Origin: Paramoeba atlantica
Taxonomy: Eukaryota; Protista; Discosea
Reading direction: 5' to 3'
NCBI GenBank assembly: GCA_977017575.1
Contig: CDRNVI010000245.1
Location: 1 to 7,680 of the forward strand
Length of the DNA stretch: 7,680 nucleotides
Part shown: piece after piece, positions 1 to 4,625 of the stretch
How the letters are laid out: each line of letters begins with the position of its first letter
Position numbering within the stretch: position 1 is the first letter of the stretch
Translations under genes and position numbers: made by a program
Notes under the pieces: generated by a model
The model's input: only the letters and a program-made list of their open reading frames with translations
Databases searched by the model: none
What the model was told of the DNA's origin: nothing

Positions 1-96
1 CTGTTAATTTTCCATCAACATCATAATTTTTATTTAAAAATTTTAATCAAAATCAATTTTATAAACATTTTTTGTAAAAAAATTAAAATTTTTACT

Positions 97-166
97 GGAA
101 AATTACGGTGAGATGCATAAAAATTAGATTTAAACATAAATTTATGCAAACTACCGTTTAATTTCC
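97..166. other. Imperfect hairpin (also at 4706-4775)
   Basis: tgcataaa 114-121 / tttatgca 141-148; acggt 105-109 / accgt 153-157; looser ggaaaatta / taatttcc at the base. Confidence 0.6.
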
Positions 167-512
167 AACAAAATTTAAATTTTTTTCATTCAAAAATAGA
201 TTTTTTTAATTTTTCGCCGACAAAATTGAAAAAAAATTGAATTTTCATTCAAAAAGTTGTAAAATTGAGTCTCAGGATGAAAAAGTGGAAAAAGACCACA
301 TTTTATCAATTCGACGCTAAATTAGCAAAAAATTTCAATTTCTACACCTAAATGACTGTAGAAATTGGTGTTTTCCTACAATTTTGTGGAAACTCCTGAC
401 AAACACTGCTAAATTTCCAACAAAAAGTCAATTTGCAGGTGCTGCCCGTGGATTTTCCAACAAAATACTAGCAAAACTACTCAAAATGCTATTTTTCCGG
501 CAGAAAACCGTC

Positions 513-656
513 AAAATCTGCTTTTTCTGGGCAGGAATGACAAAAACGGCCCAAAAAAGGCCCTGTCATTTTGCCCAAAAACGCAGTATTTTTTCCTGTT
601 CTGGCCTGCAAATTAGCGGATGTCCAAGTGCCCCAAAAAAAGTGACTTGGACTCCG
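513..656 (+). other. Two GC-richer hairpins with C-A(n) loops (also at 5122-5265)
   Basis: 513-592: aaaat-ctgc/gcag-t-atttt, tgggcag/ttgccca (one G-U), aatgaca/tgtcatt, ggcc-CAAAAAA-ggcc. 617-656: cgga/tccg plus gtccaagt/acttggac. Confidence 0.65.
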
Positions 657-804
657 AGCCGACTCGAAAAGTCGTATTTTCCGGCAGAAACGAAAAAATA
701 TGCCACATTTTGTCCGACGATTATTTACAACTTTTTCTCGCATCCCATCATAGCGATTTTGCGGATCTGCAAGTTGGGAGGGAACCAACTGCATTTTTTG
801 GCCG

Positions 805-957
805 TTTTGAACCCGTTTTGTAAAAAATCGCATATATAAACTCCATAATTTCCCCTCAGAAATCTGCCACTTTTGGACGCCAAAAAGTGTTTTGCAGAAT
901 CTCGAGGGCAAAATAGGAGTTTTTTGACCCGATTTTGTGAACAAAACTGGCATCAAA
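805..957 (+). other. ~150-nt rod-like hairpin (also at 5414-5566)
   Basis: Nested stems: ttttga/tcaaaa, gttttgt 815-821/acaaaac 940-946, aaaatcg/cgatttt, aaactcc 838-844/ggagttt 916-922, ccctc/gaggg, tctgc/gcaga, cacttttgg 868-876/ccaaaaagtg 880-889. The loop is ACG in copy A and AGA in copy B. Confidence 0.75.
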
Positions 958-1092
958 AACTATTCCAAATGCTCCAATCCGAATTTCAGCTATTGAACAC
1001 TAAAAATGCTGAAAATCGCTATTTCGCACTGGAATTCCGCCAAAACTCCTTTTCAATGCGTATTTTGGGCGAGAAAATCGTGAATTTTATAA

Positions 1093-1372
1093 TTTTTAAA
1101 CTTTTTTTTGTATAATTTATCATTTTTAGCGCGGATTTGTATAATTTCTCGCATAATTTATTAGTTTTATAGCGTTGTAGTTAAAATTTTCATAATTTTA
1201 TCATCAAAGTCATCATTTTTCTATAATTTCAAACAAAATTATTAAAAAAAATGTTGTCTCAGACGAAAAAATTGCATGAAAGTTGTTAAACAACACTAAA
1301 ACTAAAAAAATATCCCGCAGAAATTAAAAAACCGTGATAAAAATTTATAAATTCAAAAGAAAAATTTAAAAA
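1093..1372 (+). other. ~280-nt imperfect rod-like hairpin (also at 5702-5981)
   Basis: T-rich arm against A-rich arm in colinear nested order: tttttaaa/tttaaaaa, tttatca/tgataaa, gcggat/atcccgc, ttagtttt/aaaactaa, gttgt/acaac, tttcat/atgaaa, cattttt/aaaaatg, ataattt/aaattat around loop caaaca (1230-1235). Confidence 0.65.
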
Positions 1373-1392
1373 TCTTAAAAATTTATGATGAA

Positions 1393-1421
1393 ATCATCTT
1401 CTTTGTACCAAAATCAGATGT
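1393..1421 (-). repeat. Partial reverse copy (R') of the ~85-nt module (also 6002-6030)
   Basis: atcatcttctttgtaccaaaatcagatgt is identical to the core of the reverse module at 6431-6459. It is enclosed by tgatg 1386-1390 / catca 1425-1429. Confidence 0.85.
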
Positions 1422-1562
1422 AAACATCAAAAAATTTTTTTAAAATCACTAGTTGAAACCATCGTCTATGGTTTCTTTTGTTAATGATCAATGTTTTCAT
1501 TTCATTCATAACATTTTCACGTTAACTTCGTTCAACTAACTTGAATTTTATTAAAATTATGA

Positions 1563-1619
1563 TTCATAAAATAATTTTTTCATTGCTAAAAATAAAACCG
1601 CAATGGAAATTATTATGAA
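1563..1619 (+). other. Hairpin (also 6172-6228)
   Basis: ttttcattgc 1577-1586 / gcaatggaaa 1600-1609 (one U-G), extended by aataa/ttatt and ttcat/atgaa. The two inter-copy substitutions (1595, 1598) both lie in the loop. Confidence 0.7.
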
Positions 1620-1633
1620 ACAAGTTTTAATAA

Positions 1634-1659
1634 TTCAAACTTAAGTTTGAACTCGAGTT
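1634..1659. other. Overlapping perfect palindromes (18 bp + 10 bp), also 6243-6268
   Basis: ttcaaacttaagtttgaa 1634-1651 and aactcgagtt 1650-1659 are each their own reverse complement. Confidence 0.9.
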
Positions 1660-1806
1660 ATAAAATTTTAATAACATTAATATATACTTTTAAATAACTT
1701 CTATAATTAATTCAAAAGAGAATTTATAATTAAGAACTTATAAAACTATATTTAATGATTTAAAACTTAATAACTTGTTGTAATGTTTTCAATATAATAA
1801 TATATT

Positions 1807-1877
1807 TACGATATATTATCTTCTTTGTTCCAAAATCAGATGTTGATTATCGTACATTCTTATTACATGAAAACATA
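1807..1877 (-). repeat. Reverse-orientation copy (R) of the ~85-nt module
   Basis: 1831-1877 is the reverse complement of 2039-2085 (47 nt, 2 mismatches). 1833-1876 is the perfect reverse complement of 2395-2438 (44 nt). Confidence 0.95.
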
Positions 1878-2040
1878 ACAACATAAAGAATACAATAGGC
1901 ACTCCTTACATTTAAATGCCCTTAATATAATTTATCGATATATTTAATTACACAAATAATTTAAAATATAATTTATAAAATATTAATAAAGTTCATGTAA
2001 AATGTAAGAAGTTACCCTAGTTTTCCTGGTATTGTGAGTA

Positions 2041-2125
2041 TGTTTTCATGTAATAAACATGTACGATAATCAACATCTGATTTTGACTCAAAGCAGAGTA
2101 ATCATCGTTAAATATCGTTACAAAG
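2041..2125 (+). repeat. Forward module F1 (aaacatg variant)
   Basis: gttttcatgtaataaacatgtacgataatcaacatctgattttgactcaaagcagagtaatcatcgttaaatatcgttacaaag; near-identical copies at 2395, 6655 and 7021. Confidence 0.95.
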
Positions 2126-2394
2126 TTATTACAAATAAAACATAAATCACTAATAACAGGAAAATATTAAATACAAAAATATTTAATAAACTTCGATGCA
2201 AAAAAGCATCTTGACAATCTCTGTGTTTTTGTTAAAAAAAATAGCGTAAAACTACAAAACCATATATATAAAATGAAAAGTGTATAAAAAAGAAAAGCAT
2301 ACACTTTGATACATTCAATCGAAAAATATCTCAATCATGTATCATTAATTTTAGTATATATGGTAGGAGTTTTACCTTTACAGTGCTATTAGTC

Positions 2395-2480
2395 ATGTTT
2401 TCATGTAATAAGAATGTACGATAATCAACATCTGATTTGCACTCAAAGTAGAGTAATCATCGTTAAATATCAGTACAAAG
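2395..2480 (+). repeat. Forward module F2 (aagaatg variant)
   Basis: Direct repeat of 2041-2125, about 355 nt downstream. Confidence 0.95.
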
Positions 2481-2517
2481 TCATTACAAGAAAACTAAAG
2501 ATTAAAGCACTGTAAAA

Positions 2518-2552
2518 TTGCACTAAGATTTCCTTCAGAAATTCAAGTGCAA
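2518..2552 (+). other. TAAGATTT..AAATTCAA hairpin family, member H1
   Basis: ttgcact-aa-gatttc-cttca-gaaatt-ca-agtgcaa. Confidence 0.9.
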
Positions 2553-2629
2553 ATATCCGCCCAACTTATAAAATATAAGTGGCGTCTATATATATTTTTT
2601 TATCGAAAAAAACGATAAATAAATAAAGA

Positions 2630-2662
2630 TCATGATAAGATTTCTACGAAATTCAATCATGA
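2630..2662 (+). other. TAAGATTT..AAATTCAA hairpin family, member H2
   Basis: tcatgat-aa-gatttc-tac-gaaatt-ca-atcatga. Confidence 0.9.
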
Positions 2663-2663
2663 A

Positions 2664-2683
2664 GCATACACTATAGTGTATGC
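2664..2683. other. Perfect 20-bp palindrome (also 7322-7341)
   Basis: gcatacactatagtgtatgc equals its own reverse complement. Confidence 0.95.
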
Positions 2684-2827
2684 AAATTATTACAAAAATA
2701 ATAATTTTAAAATTTTTTCTTCGAAATTCAAAGAAGAATTTATTCGAAAAAAATATAAATTTTAATGTTTTCGTGTTTAACTACAACTTAAATTTATATA
2801 TATTTCGTTAAATTAAGAGAATAATTA

Positions 2828-3100
2828 AACGAAACTGTTACTCGGCAAAAATAAGGGAATTTTTGAGTAACAGACCGTTCAAATTGAAAACAAAAAAACA
2901 ATTTGCACGGCAATTCTTGGGGTTTTTACGCCTCACGGCTTCGTGATTGGACTAAAGAGCAGGAGCGAGAGCAAGAAAGTTTGCAGGGGTAGTTGAGTTA
3001 GCTATTCCCGGTGGAAGCTAACCTCGATTCTTTAGTCTTTAGTTGTGGTAATTTGGGATAGTGAAGTAAAATTTTTAAAGTTCACTATCGACAATTACTA
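2828..3100 (+). ncRNA. Putative structured RNA domain of unknown family (GC-richer, multi-hairpin); partial second copy 7486-7680
   Basis: ctgttactc 2835-2843/gagtaacag 2865-2873; tcacg-gctt-cgtga 2933-2946; ggactaaagag 2949-2959/ttctttagtct 3028-3038 enclosing gcaa/ttgc and gttagct 2997-3003/agctaac 3016-3022; gatagtgaa 3057-3065/ttcactatc 3081-3089. No family motif recognised; that it is an RNA is inference. Confidence 0.35.
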
Positions 3101-3640
3101 TTCTCTTTCATCTTTTGGCGTGCATTGCTAATTGATCCCAATAGACAATCACATTCAGAAATGATCGTTGCTATCCCTATATGTATGTAAAATATCATAC
3201 ATAAGAATCAATAAGATCTATTTCGTCTCCTCTTTCATCCTTTTAACATAGCAAGACTAATCTATATTATATAATTATTATTCAACTTTTTTAATTATAT
3301 TTTATCTGCTTGAACACCATAGTTCGATAAAAAATAAATAAAAAGATGAATAAATAACTAAAAAATAAAGATAGACAAGAACAAGAATAGTTTAGTTTAA
3401 TTCCGTGTTAAATCCTCAATCCTTAAGTCGGATTTGTCACTCCATATACGATCAAACTTTATTTACTTAAATTTTTACAAAGATAGTAAAATTAAAAGTA
3501 TAAAGATGATCTAGCTCACCAGTTTTATTTAAATTAAAATCTTACACAATGATTTTATATTTATAAACTACTCGCTTCCATCGACCCTCGACTTTGTTGA
3601 AGTTTAAGTTTTTGAGTTTACGATATTAAAGAGAAAAAAA

Positions 3641-3786
3641 ATATTATTGCGCTCTATTGGTGGGGCTTTCGTTAAATTATTAAAAGCTCAACGTCATTGT
3701 TCGCGTTTTACGTTACACTCCACAAGCTAAACAAGTGCGTTCTGCCTTAATAATCACTACCCCTCACCAAAAGGTCGCAATAATAT
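3641..3786 (+). other. 146-nt rod-like hairpin
   Basis: atattattgcg 3641-3651/cgcaataatat 3776-3786; ttggtgggg 3657-3665/cctcaccaa 3762-3770 (one G-U); attattaa 3676-3683/ttaataat 3747-3754; ttgtt 3697-3701/aacaa 3730-3734. Confidence 0.75.
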
Positions 3787-3790
3787 ATGT

Positions 3791-3894
3791 TTTTAGCGTT
3801 TAAGATCTGGAGACCATTTTCAAAATAGAAAATGTCAATCGCTTTTTTCTTACGCAAGTACGTCAAAAAAATCGTTTTTCTCCATGAGCTAAAA
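3791..3894 (+). other. Branched hairpin domain including a C-GCAA-G loop
   Basis: ttttagc/gctaaaa, tggaga 3808-3813/tctcca 3879-3884, cattttc 3815-3821/gaaaatg 3828-3834, tac-GCAA-gta 3851-3860. Confidence 0.55.
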
Positions 3895-4157
3895 CGAGTT
3901 AGTTCGATCGGGCTTTTTTTGATGCTTTTTTTGGATCGCAGCTTCAACAAAAAAAAATTTCCGCTGCTGTTTTCCAACAAAGAAAATTATAAAAAAATAA
4001 TTTTGTTGTTGTCAAATACGATCTTTTAAAATATAAAATTTTTTTTATCGTTATAAATTTTATTCCGACATAAATTTGTTGGAAAAGTAACAGTAAAAAG
4101 TTGTTAATGAAAAAAAAATAAATTCATTAACAACAACGTTGATGAAAAATAACAATC

Positions 4158-4625
4158 AACGCTGTTAAATTTCCAACAAAATAATGTCAGAAAAAAATTT
4201 CTGCCGAAATAATTTAGCTGATTAAATTTTTATCACGACAAAAATATTTTTTTGTTGATCAATTAAATCGTTATTAACAAAAAAGTTATAACGCTGTTAA
4301 TTTTCCAACATAAAAATTTTTTATCTCTCAAAAAATATTTTTTGATGTTCAAAGTTATCGTTTGATAACAAAAAAGTTATAACGCTGTAACTTTTCCAAC
4401 AAAAAAAATTTTTTTTCGTGTTAAAAATTATTTTTGATCAATAAAAATTATTTTCGATGTTCAAATTCATCGTTTGATAACAAAAAAGTTATAACGCTGT
4501 TAATTTTCCATCAAAAATTATTTTTTTTGCTTCAAAAATTTTTTTTAACATAAAAATTTATAATGATGATTACAAAATAAGTGTTGCAACTCAAAAAAGT
4601 TGTTTAACACTGTGAATTTTCCATC
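4158..4625 (+). repeat. Degenerate minisatellite, ~90-130-nt period, core aacgctgttaattttccaac
   Basis: Core at 4158, 4290, 4381, 4493 and 4606 (spacings 132, 91, 112, 113). tttgataacaaaaaagttataacgctgt occurs at 4361 and 4473. Outlying cores at 402/5011 and ~3962; a reversed core at ~4076-4093. Confidence 0.85.

Larger units (their letters stand above)
1..4609. repeat. ~4.6-kb tandem repeat unit, copy A (one full period; true unit boundary unknown)
   Basis: 1-3022 aligns to 4610-7680 (ctgttaattttccatcaacatc at 1 vs ctgtgaattttccatcaacatc at 4610; ...agctaac at 3022 vs 7680). ORF pairs 384/4993, 489/5098, 620/5229 and 873/5482 are all offset by 4609. Segment 3023-4609 is seen only once in the window. 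Confidence 0.97.

Noticed and set aside
384-1115. Four overlapping ORFs (151, 155, 67 and 80 aa) and their duplicates at 4993-5724
   Set aside because: They overlap on both strands within the one GC-richer block where stops are rarer, are F/K-rich from T/A tracts and show no recognisable domain. Many inter-copy changes are non-synonymous, and the block is better explained by hairpin structure. A non-standard genetic code was not systematically tested.
1385-1391. C-box-like ATGATGA (also ~4562)
   Set aside because: No D box (CTGA) with a terminal stem at snoRNA distance.
1807-2125. MITE with R and F1 as terminal inverted repeats
   Set aside because: Complementarity decays gradually outward instead of ending at sharp termini, no target-site duplication is visible, and extra F and R' copies lie outside the pair.
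2041-2480. CRISPR array (conserved repeats with variable spacers)
   Set aside because: Repeats are ~85 nt, spacers 160-280 nt, only two direct copies per unit plus inverted copies, and no cas genes; outside CRISPR dimensions.
2917-2948. Minus-strand aaaaccccaa (ciliate telomerase-template-like) and atcacgaag (U1 loop I-like)
   Set aside because: Only 9-10-nt resemblances. There is no U1 5' end (ATACTTACCTG) or Sm-site context, and no pseudoknot or template boundary that I can support.
3747-4029. ORFs of 77 aa (-) and 65 aa (+)
   Set aside because: Short, low-complexity K/F/L/I translations of A/T tracts with no recognisable homology.
4455-4472. gatgttcaaattcatc resembling a tRNA T-arm
   Set aside because: The G-C pair closing the T loop is missing, no acceptor, D or anticodon arms can be built, and it lies within the minisatellite.
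1-4609. Helitron or other rolling-circle transposon concatemer
   Set aside because: No Rep/helicase remnant, and no convincing 5'-TC ... hairpin-CTRR-3' terminus at a unit junction (CTAG at 1449, 2017 and 3511 lack that context). Not excluded, but unsupported.
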